Source: Propionibacterium freudenreichii subsp. freudenreichii (GTDB taxonomy: Bacteria; Actinomycetota; Actinomycetes; Propionibacteriales; Propionibacteriaceae). From it: a DNA stretch of 32,000 bases. This document shows, in pieces, positions 7,764 through 17,086 of this stretch (position 1 is the first letter of the stretch; each line of letters begins with the position of its first letter). A program made the position numbers and the translations under genes. The DNA lies in NCBI RefSeq assembly GCF_000940845.1, contig NZ_CP010341.1:1710001-1742000 (forward strand), read 5' to 3'. Below the pieces are notes generated by a model. It was not told the origin of the DNA and made no database searches. It saw nothing but the letters and a program-made list of their open reading frames with translations.

Positions 7764-9203
7764 ATGACTGCGGAGGAATACATGTTCAACGGGCCCGACG
7801 AAATGCTGGAATTTGTGAAGAGTGAGGGCGTCGAGTTCATCGACGTGCGATTCTGTGACCTCATCGGCATCATGCAGCACTTCACGATTCCGGCCAGCCA
7901 ACTCGAGCACGAGGCTTTCGAGGAGGGCTTGGCCTTCGACGGCTCCTCGGTCGCCGGCTTCCAGAAGATCAATGAATCCGATATGGCCCTGGTGCCCGAT
8001 CCCACCAGCGCCTGGCTTGATCCGTTCCGCGAGCACAAGACGCTGATCGTCAACTTCTTCGTGCATGATCCGATCACCCACGAGCCCTACAGCCGCGACC
8101 CGCGCAACATCGCGCGCAAGGCCATGAATTTCCTGGCCAGCACCGGCATCGGCGACACCGCCTTCTTCGCACCCGAGGCCGAGTTCTACGTCTTCGACGA
8201 TGTGCGCTACGAGACCAACGGCCACGAGTCCTTCTACAGTGTCGACTCCGAGTCTGCTGCCTGGAACACGGGCCGCATCGAGGAGCGCGGCAACCTGGGC
8301 TACAAGGTCAAGGTGAAGGGTGGCTACTTCCCGGTGGCCCCCACCGACCACTACGGCGACCTGCGCGACGAGATGGTCAAGCACTGTGAGGACGCCGGAC
8401 TCATCATCGAGCGCGCCCACCACGAGGTCGGCTCGGCCGGCCAGGCCGAGATCAACTGGCGCTACGACAAGCTGCTGAAGAGCGCCGACGACGTCATGAA
8501 GTTCAAGTACATCGTGAAGAACACGGCCTACCAGCACGGCAAGACCGCCACCTTCATGCCGAAGCCCGTCTACGGCGACAATGGCACCGGCATGCACTGC
8601 CACCAGTCGATCTGGAATGAGGGCGAGCCGCTGTTCTTCGACGAGAACGGCTACGCACAGTTGTCCGACATGGCCCGCTACTACATCGGCGGCCTGCTCA
8701 AGCACGCGCCGAGCCTGCTGGCCTTCACCAACCCGACCGTGAACAGCTACCACCGTCTGGTGCCGGGCTTCGAGGCACCGGTCAACCTCGTGTACTCGAA
8801 CCGCAACCGCTCGGCCTGCATCCGCATCCCGATCACCGGACCGAGCCCGAAGGCCAAGCGCATCGAGTTCCGCTGCCCCGATCCGAGCGCGAATCCCTAC
8901 CTGGCATTCGCCGCGCAGCTGCTCGCCGGCATCGACGGCATCCAGAACAAGATCGAGCCGCCGGCCCCGATCGACAAGGACCTCTACGAGCTGCCGCCCG
9001 AGGAGTACGACCAGGTGCAGCATGTCCCCGGTTCGCTGGGCGAGGTGCTCGACGAGCTCGAGAAGGACCAGGACTACCTGCTGGCCGGCGACGTGTTCAC
9101 GCCCGACCTGCTGAGCACCTGGATCTCGCTGAAGCGCCAGGACCTGGCCGAGCTGGCCCAGCGTCCGCACCCCTATGAGTTCGACCTGTACTACCAGATC
9201 TGA
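7764..9203 (+). CDS. glnA: glutamine synthetase type I (GlnA1-like, adenylylatable)
   Basis: An internal ATG of ORF 7368..9203 gives [45 protein letters not shown]... This closely resembles mycobacterial GlnA1. The adenylylation-loop motif [10 protein letters not shown] is present. The upstream part of the ORF overlaps the ABC-F gene and is not coding. Confidence 0.93.
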   Translation: MTAEEYMFNGPDEMLEFVKSEGVEFIDVRFCDLIGIMQHFTIPASQLEHEAFEEGLAFDGSSVAGFQKINESDMALVPDPTSAWLDPFREHKTLIVNFFVHDPITHEPYSRDPRNIARKAMNFLASTGIGDTAFFAPEAEFYVFDDVRYETNGHESFYSVDSESAAWNTGRIEERGNLGYKVKVKGGYFPVAPTDHYGDLRDEMVKHCEDAGLIIERAHHEVGSAGQAEINWRYDKLLKSADDVMKFKYIVKNTAYQHGKTATFMPKPVYGDNGTGMHCHQSIWNEGEPLFFDENGYAQLSDMARYYIGGLLKHAPSLLAFTNPTVNSYHRLVPGFEAPVNLVYSNRNRSACIRIPITGPSPKAKRIEFRCPDPSANPYLAFAAQLLAGIDGIQNKIEPPAPIDKDLYELPPEEYDQVQHVPGSLGEVLDELEKDQDYLLAGDVFTPDLLSTWISLKRQDLAELAQRPHPYEFDLYYQI

Positions 9204-9240
9204 GTTCTGCCCCGGCGCATGACAATGCGCAGTTCCCCGT

Positions 9241-9280
9241 TGAAACGTCCGTCACCGGAAAACCGGTGACGGACGTTTCA
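9241..9280 (+). terminator. glnA terminator hairpin (18-bp stem, AAAA loop)
   Basis: The sequence is tgaaacgtccgtcaccgg-aaaa-ccggtgacggacgtttca. Confidence 0.65.
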
Positions 9281-9495
9281 CATCGGAGCTGGGGAAACCA
9301 CCGCGGTCCGACACCGGGAGGCGCCGCGAATGCCGATTCGACGGCGCCTTCCGGCTTCAAACCGGTGACTAACCACCAGACAATCTGAACCCTGCAGCTG
9401 TGTGCCACATAGGGATGGGCTATCGGTTGACATGACGGTGGCACTTCATGGCCGGCGCTGTACGGGTGCAGGTGCCGAGCGGCATACTGAACCAC

Positions 9496-10038
9496 ATGTC
9501 CCTCGCACGACGCGCCCTCACCGTGGCCCTGGCCGGCGCCTGTGCACTGGTGGCGCTCAGCGGCTGTGGCGGGTCCACGTCGACGGCACCCGCGTCAACC
9601 CCGGGGTCCCACGCGACGACCCCGACGCCCGATGCGTCCGCCAGCCCCAGCGCGAGCCGCAAGGCCGCGACGACCGCAACCCTTCCCGCCAGCTTCGAGG
9701 GGTGGACCACCTCTCCTGCTCCGAGCGCCAGCGCCACGCAGATCGACAGCGCGCGGGCGACGCTGCAGACGGCCATCTACCAGGGGCCGGCCGGTGCCGG
9801 CACGAGGATCATCACCCTGGTCTCCACCGAGGACAGGGGCTATGCGGCGTCCCAGCTGAGACTGCTCGTCGGCCCGACCCTCCACGGGTTGAGCACCTGT
9901 GGAACGTTGGCCCAGATCGACAACTCCGTCAGTTGCGTGGTGGAGATGGACGACGGCCTGCTGCAGGTCACCGGCACCGGCACGGACGTCGCGACGCTGG
10001 CGGCCTTCGCCAATGACCTCTACGCCTCGCTGGGGTAG
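9496..10038 (+). CDS. putative secreted lipoprotein, unknown function
   Basis: An internal ATG of ORF 9448..10038 gives MSLARRALTVALAGACALVALSGCGG, a signal peptide with the lipobox LSGC. An S/T/P/A-rich linker follows, then a domain of about 110 aa containing two Cys. Confidence 0.7.
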   Translation: MSLARRALTVALAGACALVALSGCGGSTSTAPASTPGSHATTPTPDASASPSASRKAATTATLPASFEGWTTSPAPSASATQIDSARATLQTAIYQGPAGAGTRIITLVSTEDRGYAASQLRLLVGPTLHGLSTCGTLAQIDNSVSCVVEMDDGLLQVTGTGTDVATLAAFANDLYASLG

Positions 10039-10116
10039 CAGCCCGGGCTTCGGGCCCCGCCTGACGGGTGGACTGCCGTACTCCGGCGTGGCTCCCGTCG
10101 TCCCGCGCGACTGCCA

Positions 10117-10122
10117 TAGTGT
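10117..10122 (+). promoter_or_regulatory. -10-like hexamer TAGTGT placed 6 nt before the tetR GTG (leaderless architecture)
   Basis: The local sequence reads tagtgt-gggggc-GTG. Confidence 0.4.
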
Positions 10123-10128
10123 GGGGGC

Positions 10129-10713
10129 GTGGCACTGACCAAGACCGAGATCATCTCAACGGCTTTGGGCATTCTCGACGCCTATGGGCTCAATGACCTG
10201 ACCATGCGGCGCCTTGCCGACAGCCTCGACGTCAAGGCCAGCGCCCTGTACTGGCACGTCGCCAACAAGCAGAGCCTGTTGGCCGAGCTCGTCGACAAGA
10301 TCCTGGCCGGGCTCGAACCCCCCGAGCTCGATGCCACGGCGGACGGTGACCCGTGGCGCCCATCACTTCGTGGCTGGGCCACCGAGCTGCGTGCCCGCCT
10401 GCTCGACCATCGTGATTCGGCTGACCTGGTGGCCTCCATGCGGGCCATCGGCCTGGCCGGGACAGAACTGTCCCGGGCCCCCGCCGCGGTGCTGACCGCG
10501 ATGGGGATGGCCGACCAGGAGGCGACCACCGCCTCACAGACGCTCATCTACTTCATCCTGGGCCACGTCGACGAGGAGCAGCAGCGGGCCCAGCTGGGGG
10601 CGCTGGCCGGCGAGGCGTCCCCCACGCCGGTCATGGATGGCACGGCAAGCTTCGCCGCCGGCCTGAACCTCATCTTCGACGGCATGGCCGCAGCCCTTCC
10701 CCACGACGGCTGA
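10129..10713 (+). CDS. TetR/AcrR family transcriptional regulator
   Basis: The N-terminal HTH reads LNDLTMRRLADSLDVKASALYWHVANKQSLLAELVD. The C-terminal domain is helical. The start codon is GTG. Confidence 0.85.
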   Translation: MALTKTEIISTALGILDAYGLNDLTMRRLADSLDVKASALYWHVANKQSLLAELVDKILAGLEPPELDATADGDPWRPSLRGWATELRARLLDHRDSADLVASMRAIGLAGTELSRAPAAVLTAMGMADQEATTASQTLIYFILGHVDEEQQRAQLGALAGEASPTPVMDGTASFAAGLNLIFDGMAAALPHDG

Positions 10714-10732
10714 GGCCCCTGCTGGGCGTCCC

Positions 10733-11548
10733 TCAGAACGCCAGGCGCCGGGCGATCCGATCGGGAAGGTTGCGATAGATCGCCATGAGCGGCGTGAAGA
10801 TCCGGGGCACGCGCACCACGGCGCGGTCCGTGTCCAGAGCGCGCACCACGGCGCCGGCGACCCGATCGGGATCCACGGCGAGGCCGGCGCGGCGTCCGAC
10901 GGTCATGGCCGAACGGACGAATCCGGGACGCACCACCAGCACCCGGATGTGCTCCGGCGCCAGGGCCTGCCCCAGGCCGATGAAGAAGCCGTCCATGCCG
11001 GCCTTGCTGGCGCCATAGACGAAGTTGGAGCGTCGCACGCGCTCGGCCGCCACCGAACTCACGGCGATGATGCGTCCCGCCGGGCCTCCCCCGCGACGCT
11101 GGGCGCGCAGGGCCTCGGCCACCAGCGCGCCGATGCTGGCTGCCGCGGTGGTGTTCACGGTGAACATCGCACGTGTCCGTCGTGGATCCTGCCAGGCGGC
11201 CTCCGGGTCGCCCAGCACCCCGAAGGCGATGATCACCGTGCGCACCGGTTCCTGCGGCGCGCGGGGGTCGTGCATGGCGTGGTCCACGGCGTCCGCGTGG
11301 GCGTCCAGGTCACGGACGTCCAGGCCGACGACCCGCACTCCGGTGGCGCCGGCGGCGACCATGCGGGCCCGGGCCGGGGCGAGTCTCGGCGATTGCGGAC
11401 GCGCCACCAGGGTGACCGGGCCGGGCCGGTCACCCAACAGCGCCTCGGCGATCGCCAGGCCGATGTCACTGGTGCCGCCGAACAGCACCAGTGAGCCGTC
11501 GGCCGGCGTGGGCTCCGGGCCAGTGGCGTGGCGTGCCTGCCCGCTCAC
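10733..11548 (-). CDS. short-chain dehydrogenase/reductase, DprE2-like (decaprenylphospho-erythro-pentofuranosid-2-ulose 2-reductase family)
   Basis: The product has a GGTSDIG Rossmann motif and a catalytic YGASKAG motif. Blocks such as IIAFGVLGD, AERVRRSNFVYGASKAGMDGF and VRPGFV resemble mycobacterial DprE2 as I recall it. The GTG start overlaps the glnE stop (GTGA). Confidence 0.75.
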   Translation of the reverse strand: MSGQARHATGPEPTPADGSLVLFGGTSDIGLAIAEALLGDRPGPVTLVARPQSPRLAPARARMVAAGATGVRVVGLDVRDLDAHADAVDHAMHDPRAPQEPVRTVIIAFGVLGDPEAAWQDPRRTRAMFTVNTTAAASIGALVAEALRAQRRGGGPAGRIIAVSSVAAERVRRSNFVYGASKAGMDGFFIGLGQALAPEHIRVLVVRPGFVRSAMTVGRRAGLAVDPDRVAGAVVRALDTDRAVVRVPRIFTPLMAIYRNLPDRIARRLAF

Positions 11549-14511
11549 TCCGCATGCCCCCAGAACAAGCGGTCCACGACCTTGGACGCGAGCCGGGTGG
11601 TGCGCTCGTATTCGTCGATCAGCAGGGACGCCTCCCCCTTGTTGCGCCCCAACTGCACCGCGACGGCCGACAGGTCACGCGGGTCGGGTGGCAGCTGGTC
11701 GCTGGTGCGTCCGCGCACCAGCATCGTGTGGTTTCGCAATTGGCTGGCGAGCTGCCAGGCGTCACGCAGGACGGCGGCATCGTCGGTGGTCATGATCCCC
11801 TCGCTCTCGCAGGCGTCCAGGGCCATCATCGTCGAGGGCGTGCGCAGGGATTCGACGGTGCCGGCGTGACGCAGTTGCATCAGTTGCACCGTCCATTCGA
11901 CGTCGGACAGGCCACCGGGGCCCAGCTTGAGGTTGCGCCGACGATCGGTGCCCCGCTCGATGCGCTCGGTCTCCATGCGCCCCTTGAGGCGGCGGATCGC
12001 CATCTCCTCATCGGCGTCCAAGCCGTTGGGCGGCCAGCGCAGGTGGTCGATGCCGGCAAGGAATTGCGCCACGAGGTCCTCGTCCCCGGCGCCGTAGGCG
12101 GCGCGGATCAGTGCCTGGTGCTCCCAGGTCTGTGACCATCGGTCGTAGTAGCTGAGGTAGCCGCCCAGGGTGCGCACCATGGCCCCGTCACGGCCCTCGG
12201 GGCGCAGGTCGGCATCCAGCTCGAGGGAGGGGTCGGCACCGGGCAGGCGCAGCAGCGACGCCGCCTTGGCGACCACCCTGATGGCGGCCGCGATCTGCGC
12301 CGGCGTGGCGTCGTCGGGCACCACGTACATGGCGTCGGCATCGGAGGCGTAGCTCATCTCGGCGCCACCCCAGCGTCCCATCGCCACCACCCCGATGGGC
12401 GGCACCCCGGCGGGTTCGCCACGGACCGCCACGGCCAGGGCGGCGCCCACGGTGGCACCGGCCAGGTCGCTGAGCCCCCGGCCGAGGGCGTCGAGGTCGA
12501 TGCGGCCCAGCACATCGCCCAGCGCCAACCTGAGCAGTTCGCGCCGGCGCAGGGCACGCACCGCGTCGATGGCCTCCTTCTCGCCATCGTGGCGACGCAC
12601 CACCGCGTCCATCGAGCCATCCAGGGAGGTGCGATCGCGCGGCACGAGCTCGTCGGGCTCGGCCAGCAGCTGGACGGCGGCCGGGTCACGTTCGATCATC
12701 GCGATGTCGTAGCGGCTGGACGACAGGATCGTGGCCAGCAGCTCGGCCATCTGTCCCCCATCGCGCAGCGCCCTGAGGTACCAGGGGGTGGTGCCCATCG
12801 TCTCGGACAGCCGACGGAAGCTGATCAGGCCGAGGTCCGGATTCGGGCCGGTGGCCAGCCAGCCGATCATGGCCGGCATCAGCTGGCGACGGATCTCCAC
12901 CGCCCGGCTGGAACCGGTGGTGAGCGCCTCGATGTGGCGCAAGGCCGAGCCCGGATCAGAGAAACCCAGCGCCTTGAGGCGGTCCTTCGCCGCGTCGGGC
13001 GACAGCCGGATCTGGTCGTCCGACAGCTTGCTGACGGTGAGCAGTAGGGGCGAGTAGAAGATCTTGTTCTGCCGGCTCTCGACGTCGCGGGCGGTGCGCC
13101 GCCAGCTCGTCCACAGGTCCGCGGCCTCCGACATCCCCATGCTGCGCGCGATGCGGCGCCGGTCGGCCTCGTCGGGCGGCATGAGGTGGCTTCGACGCAG
13201 CTTGGCCACCTGGATGCGGTGCTCGATGCAGCGCTCGAAACGGTAGGAGGCGTCCAGGGCGGCGGAGTCGTCCCGTCCGACGTAGCCGTGCTCGGCGAGG
13301 GCCTGCAATGACACGAGGGTGCCGCGGTGGCGCAGGCGCTCGTCGACGCGTCCGTGCACGAGCTGCAGGGCCTGCACGCTGAATTCCACGTCACGCAGCC
13401 CGCCGGCGCCCAGCTTGATCTCGCTCTGGGCGTCCTTGGCGGGGATGAGGCTCACCACGCGGCGGCGCATGGCCTGCACATCGCTCATGAAGTTCTCCCG
13501 TCCACCGACCTGCCACACCAGCGGCGTGGTGATGTCCAGGAAGCCCCGGGTGAGCTCGGAGTCGCCGGCCATCGGACGCGCCTTCAGCATGGCCTGGAAC
13601 TCCCAGTTCTTCGCCCAGCGCTGGTAATAGGCCCGGTGGCCCTCCAGGCTGCGCACCAGCGGCCCGGCGTTGCCCTCCGGACGCAGCGCGGCATCGACCT
13701 GCCAGATGGTGCCGGCGGCAGAATGTGCCGAGCAGATCCGCGCCGTGGCCCCGGCGATCCGGTTCGCGATCGAGATGGCCTCGGTCTGGCCCACCTCGTC
13801 GGTTGCCGGTTCCCCGACGAACAACACGTCGATGTCGGACAGGTAGTTCAGCTCCTGGGCGCCGCACTTGCCCAGGGCGACGATCCCGAGCCTGGCCCGT
13901 TCGGCGTGCGGGGTCTGTGCGCGGGCGATGGCCAGGGCACAGACCATGATGGCGTCGGCAAGGTCCGCCAGCTCGGCGGCGATCTGGTCGACGATCGCGG
14001 TGGGCTGGGTGGAGGACAGGTCGCGTCCGGCGATGCGCAGCAGGTGCCGCTTGTTGGCCAGGCGCAGCCGATCGGCGGCACCCGGATCATCGGCCACCGC
14101 CATGGCGAGCTCAGCGAGGCCGTCATCTGCCCGCTCGGCCAGTCCGACCTCGGCCAGCAGGTCGGCTCGGATCTGTTCGGCGCTCCACCGTGCGGGCTCC
14201 GGTTGCAGGGCCGTCAGGTCTCCGGGGTGGGCGATGAGGTGCTGGCCCAGGGCCTGGCTCCCACCCAGCACGGCGATCAGCCGACGGCGCCAGGGTTCCT
14301 CGGCGAGGGCCTGCAGGGTGCCCACCAGGTCGGCTGCCTGCAGGTCGACCAGGCTGGCCAGGGCCTGATCGGGGTCGGCGGCTGCGGCCAGCGCATCCAC
14401 CAGTTCATCGGTGCATTCGGGCAGTCCATTGAACAGCTCGGCGGCGCGGCTGGCGTCGATGAATCCCTTGCGGGCCAGCTCGCCGGCCGGCGTCCTCGTT
14501 CGTCCGTTCAT
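11545..14511 (-). CDS. glnE: bifunctional glutamine synthetase adenylyltransferase/adenylyl-removing enzyme
   Basis: The 988 aa product has two nucleotidyltransferase modules (LGKCGAQELNYLSDIDVLFV and MGRWGGAEMSYASDADAMYV). The gene lies between glnA and glnA2. Confidence 0.93.
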   Translation of the reverse strand: MNGRTRTPAGELARKGFIDASRAAELFNGLPECTDELVDALAAAADPDQALASLVDLQAADLVGTLQALAEEPWRRRLIAVLGGSQALGQHLIAHPGDLTALQPEPARWSAEQIRADLLAEVGLAERADDGLAELAMAVADDPGAADRLRLANKRHLLRIAGRDLSSTQPTAIVDQIAAELADLADAIMVCALAIARAQTPHAERARLGIVALGKCGAQELNYLSDIDVLFVGEPATDEVGQTEAISIANRIAGATARICSAHSAAGTIWQVDAALRPEGNAGPLVRSLEGHRAYYQRWAKNWEFQAMLKARPMAGDSELTRGFLDITTPLVWQVGGRENFMSDVQAMRRRVVSLIPAKDAQSEIKLGAGGLRDVEFSVQALQLVHGRVDERLRHRGTLVSLQALAEHGYVGRDDSAALDASYRFERCIEHRIQVAKLRRSHLMPPDEADRRRIARSMGMSEAADLWTSWRRTARDVESRQNKIFYSPLLLTVSKLSDDQIRLSPDAAKDRLKALGFSDPGSALRHIEALTTGSSRAVEIRRQLMPAMIGWLATGPNPDLGLISFRRLSETMGTTPWYLRALRDGGQMAELLATILSSSRYDIAMIERDPAAVQLLAEPDELVPRDRTSLDGSMDAVVRRHDGEKEAIDAVRALRRRELLRLALGDVLGRIDLDALGRGLSDLAGATVGAALAVAVRGEPAGVPPIGVVAMGRWGGAEMSYASDADAMYVVPDDATPAQIAAAIRVVAKAASLLRLPGADPSLELDADLRPEGRDGAMVRTLGGYLSYYDRWSQTWEHQALIRAAYGAGDEDLVAQFLAGIDHLRWPPNGLDADEEMAIRRLKGRMETERIERGTDRRRNLKLGPGGLSDVEWTVQLMQLRHAGTVESLRTPSTMMALDACESEGIMTTDDAAVLRDAWQLASQLRNHTMLVRGRTSDQLPPDPRDLSAVAVQLGRNKGEASLLIDEYERTTRLASKVVDRLFWGHAE

Positions 14512-14752
14512 GTCCCCACCTGATCAGTGTCGTCCTGAGTGAGACTAGCCAAGCCGAAGTTTCCTGCTGCGGAGTATCGTGGAATGTTGTGCCATGCCGT
14601 TGCACACCCGCCACGAAGGCGTGCAATTCGCGGACACATTGACGCCAAAGTGCGCCATGAGGTCAATCGCTGAAGACCCGCACAAGACGGGGTGGTCGCA
14701 AGGGCCATCGTCGCGTCGGGCCCCTTGAATACTTCACTGCCAGGAGCAACAC

Positions 14753-15490
14753 ATGGCTGATCGCCAGCTTCGCCAAACCAAGCGTGCCGCCGCAGTACTG
14801 GCGGCGCAATTGCCGACACTTCTGGAGCCGGCGGCCACCGCGGGACGCCAGTCACTGGCCCACCTCATCGCGATCGCCGAGGCCATCACCTCGGCGCTGG
14901 CGGTGCCCACCAGGACCGCCCCGCAATCGATCTCGCAGTTGCTGCTCGCCTGGGGCGAGTGCAAGTCCCAGCGCAGTGCCACCATCTGTCAGGTGGCCCA
15001 TGGTTGCAATGAGCGCCAGCTCAGGGAACGCGCCGCCTCGGCCATCGCGGCGGCCCAGCAGGCACTCACCACCGATCCGCTGCCGCCGGCGGTGACCAGC
15101 TTCGTGGGGCCGGTGCGCCTGTCCGACCTGATCGCGGGGCTGACCGTCTCGTTGGGCAAGCTCGCCCAGCATTTCGGCGCGCGGCTCGATCCGGCAAGCA
15201 CGCAGCAGGCGTTGCGGGCGCTGGCGGTGACGCTCGAGGAGCGCTATCCGGGCCACACCATTGAACTGCGGGTGCCGCCGGTCACGGCGGTACAGCTGGG
15301 GGCCTTCGGCGAGGGGCCGACGCATCATCGCGGGACGCCCCCCAACGTGGTGGAAACCGATCCGGACACCTTCTGGGCCCTGTGCACCGGCTCACTGAGC
15401 TGGCAGCAGGCCCGCGACGAGCACCGGCTGCGCGTCTCGGGAGTGCATGCCGACCAGGTTTCCCGGATGCTTCCGGTGATCAAGCACTGA
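14753..15490 (+). CDS. sterol-carrier (SCP)-like family protein with an N-terminal helical extension
   Basis: The C-terminus reads ELRVPPVTAVQLGAFGEGPTHHRGTPPNVVETDPDTFWALCTGSLSWQQA..., which matches the bacterial SCP-orthologue family as I recall it. AGGAG lies upstream of the ATG. Codon bias is weaker over the first ~40 codons. Confidence 0.7.
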   Translation: MADRQLRQTKRAAAVLAAQLPTLLEPAATAGRQSLAHLIAIAEAITSALAVPTRTAPQSISQLLLAWGECKSQRSATICQVAHGCNERQLRERAASAIAAAQQALTTDPLPPAVTSFVGPVRLSDLIAGLTVSLGKLAQHFGARLDPASTQQALRALAVTLEERYPGHTIELRVPPVTAVQLGAFGEGPTHHRGTPPNVVETDPDTFWALCTGSLSWQQARDEHRLRVSGVHADQVSRMLPVIKH

Positions 15491-15545
15491 CCCCGGCCGG
15501 TCCGTCCGGGCGCACGACCACGGTTGCACGCCCGGCGACGGGGTC

Positions 15546-16877
15546 CTACATGTGGGGCAGGTGCGTGCGCAGCTCGAAGGGCGTCACCTGGGCGCGATAT
15601 TCCTCGAACTCGGCCCGCTTGTTGCGCAGGAAGTAGTCGAAGACGTGCTCTCCCAGCGTCTCGGCCACCAGTTCGGAGGATTCCATCGCGTCGATCGCCT
15701 CATCGAGTGAGCGCGGCAGGGCTGTGATGCCCAGTGCCCGGCGTTCCCGCTCCGACAGCGCCCACACGTCGTCCTCGGCCTCGTCGGGCAGGGGCAGTTC
15801 GCGGGTGATGCCGTCCAGGCCGGCGTTGAGCATGAGGGCGTAGGCCAGATAGGGATTGCACGCCGAGTCGATGGCGCGGTATTCGATGCGTGCCGCCGAC
15901 GGCTTGTTGGGCTTGAACAGCGGCACCCGGATGAGCGCCGAGCGGTTGTTGCGGCCCCAGCAGACGTAGGCGGGGGCCTCGCCGCCGCCCACCAGCCGTT
16001 TGTAGGAGTTCACCCACTGGTTGGTCACCGCGGTGATCTCGGCGGAGTGCGCCAGGAGGCCGGCCACGAATTGACGACCGATCTTCGACAGTCGCACCTC
16101 GTCGGTGGCGTCATAGAAGGCATTGCGGTCGCCCTCGAACAGGCTCATGTGCGTGTGCATGCCCGATCCGGCCATGTCGGTGAACGGCTTGGGCATGAAC
16201 GACGCGAGGATGTTCTGCTGGGCGGCGATCTCACGGACCACCACGCGGAAGGTCATGATGTTGTCGGCCATCGACAGGGCGTCGGCATAGCGCAGGTCGA
16301 TCTCATGCTGGCCGTGTGCCGTCTCGTGGTGGCTGAACTCCACCGAGATGCCCATCTGCTCCAGCATCATCACCGTGTCACGGCGGAAGTCGGTGCCGTC
16401 GTCCATGGTGGTGTGGTCGAAGTAGCCGGCCATGTCGAGCGGCTCGGGCATCTGGCCGGGAATGATCGGCTTCTTGAACAGGAAGAACTCGATCTCGGGG
16501 TGACAGTAGAAGGTGAACCCCATGTCGGCGGCCTTATTGAGGGCGCTCTTGAGCACATGGCGCGGATCGGCCATCGCCGGCGAGCCATCGGGCAGGGCGA
16601 TGTCGCAGAACATGCGGGCCGTGCTCGCCTCGGTGCGCCACGGCAGCAGTTGGAAGGTGGTGGGATCGGGACGGGCGATCATGTCCGACTCGAACACCCG
16701 CGCATAGCCCTCGATCGCCGAACCGTCGAACCCGGTGCCCTCGGCGAAGGCCCCCTCGAGCTCGGCCGGCGCCATCGCCACGGACTTCAGGAATCCCTGC
16801 ACATCGGTGAACCACAGGCGGATGAACTTCACATTGCGCTCTTCGACGGCCCGCAATACGAACTCGGTTTGACGATC
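15546..16877 (-). CDS. glnA2: glutamine synthetase, GlnA2 type
   Basis: An internal ATG of ORF 15546..16925 gives MDRQTEFVLRAVEERNVKFIRLWFTDVQGFLKSVAMAPAELEGAF... This is almost collinear with mycobacterial GlnA2. Confidence 0.92.
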   Translation of the reverse strand, partial: DRQTEFVLRAVEERNVKFIRLWFTDVQGFLKSVAMAPAELEGAFAEGTGFDGSAIEGYARVFESDMIARPDPTTFQLLPWRTEASTARMFCDIALPDGSPAMADPRHVLKSALNKAADMGFTFYCHPEIEFFLFKKPIIPGQMPEPLDMAGYFDHTTMDDGTDFRRDTVMMLEQMGISVEFSHHETAHGQHEIDLRYADALSMADNIMTFRVVVREIAAQQNILASFMPKPFTDMAGSGMHTHMSLFEGDRNAFYDATDEVRLSKIGRQFVAGLLAHSAEITAVTNQWVNSYKRLVGGGEAPAYVCWGRNNRSALIRVPLFKPNKPSAARIEYRAIDSACNPYLAYALMLNAGLDGITRELPLPDEAEDDVWALSERERRALGITALPRSLDEAIDAMESSELVAETLGEHVFDYFLRNKRAEFEEYRAQVTPFELRTHLPHM

Positions 16878-16998
16878 CATGCGTCCAGTGTGCCAGTGCC
16901 CGTGGCGACGGGGGGCGCGGACCACCGGCTGAGGTGATCGGCACCGTCACCCCTGTGGGGTGGCCGCCTGTGAATGTGCTGGGCACTCGACACATGGT

Positions 16999-17019
16999 CG
17001 GACGATAGGCTGCCGCCGA
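16999..17019 (+). promoter_or_regulatory. 21-nt element cggacgaTAGGCTgccgccga (copy 1) containing a -10-like TAGGCT
   Basis: An identical 21-mer recurs at 18001-18021, upstream of the paralogous gene. Confidence 0.4.
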
Positions 17020-17086
17020 GATCGCACGGCCCCGCCACCCGGATCCGCGCGATGACGCTGCGCGGACTGGATGTGAGGTGACACCG

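Noticed and set aside
7731-9170. A 479-aa minus-strand ORF lies opposite glnA. Similar long antisense ORFs occur at 1508..2611, 3548..4591, 13327..14523, 16047..16937, 22094..23341, 24905..25906 and 26039..27172.
   Set aside because: Each lies exactly antisense to a gene with strong homology motifs, and each has an Arg/Gly/His/Val-rich shadow-frame composition. None has an independent ribosome-binding site or promoter signal.
14512-14752. Possible GlnR-like pentamers (GTTTC, GTTGT, GTTGC) in the glnE / SCP-gene divergent region, and a GTGAC-n6-GATCA upstream of glnA2.
   Set aside because: The spacings, 27 and 13 nt, are irregular and the pentamers are degenerate. They do not show the 10-11-nt phasing seen upstream of glnA. 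Only a TAGTCT -10-like hexamer (14547-14542, minus strand) looks meaningful.
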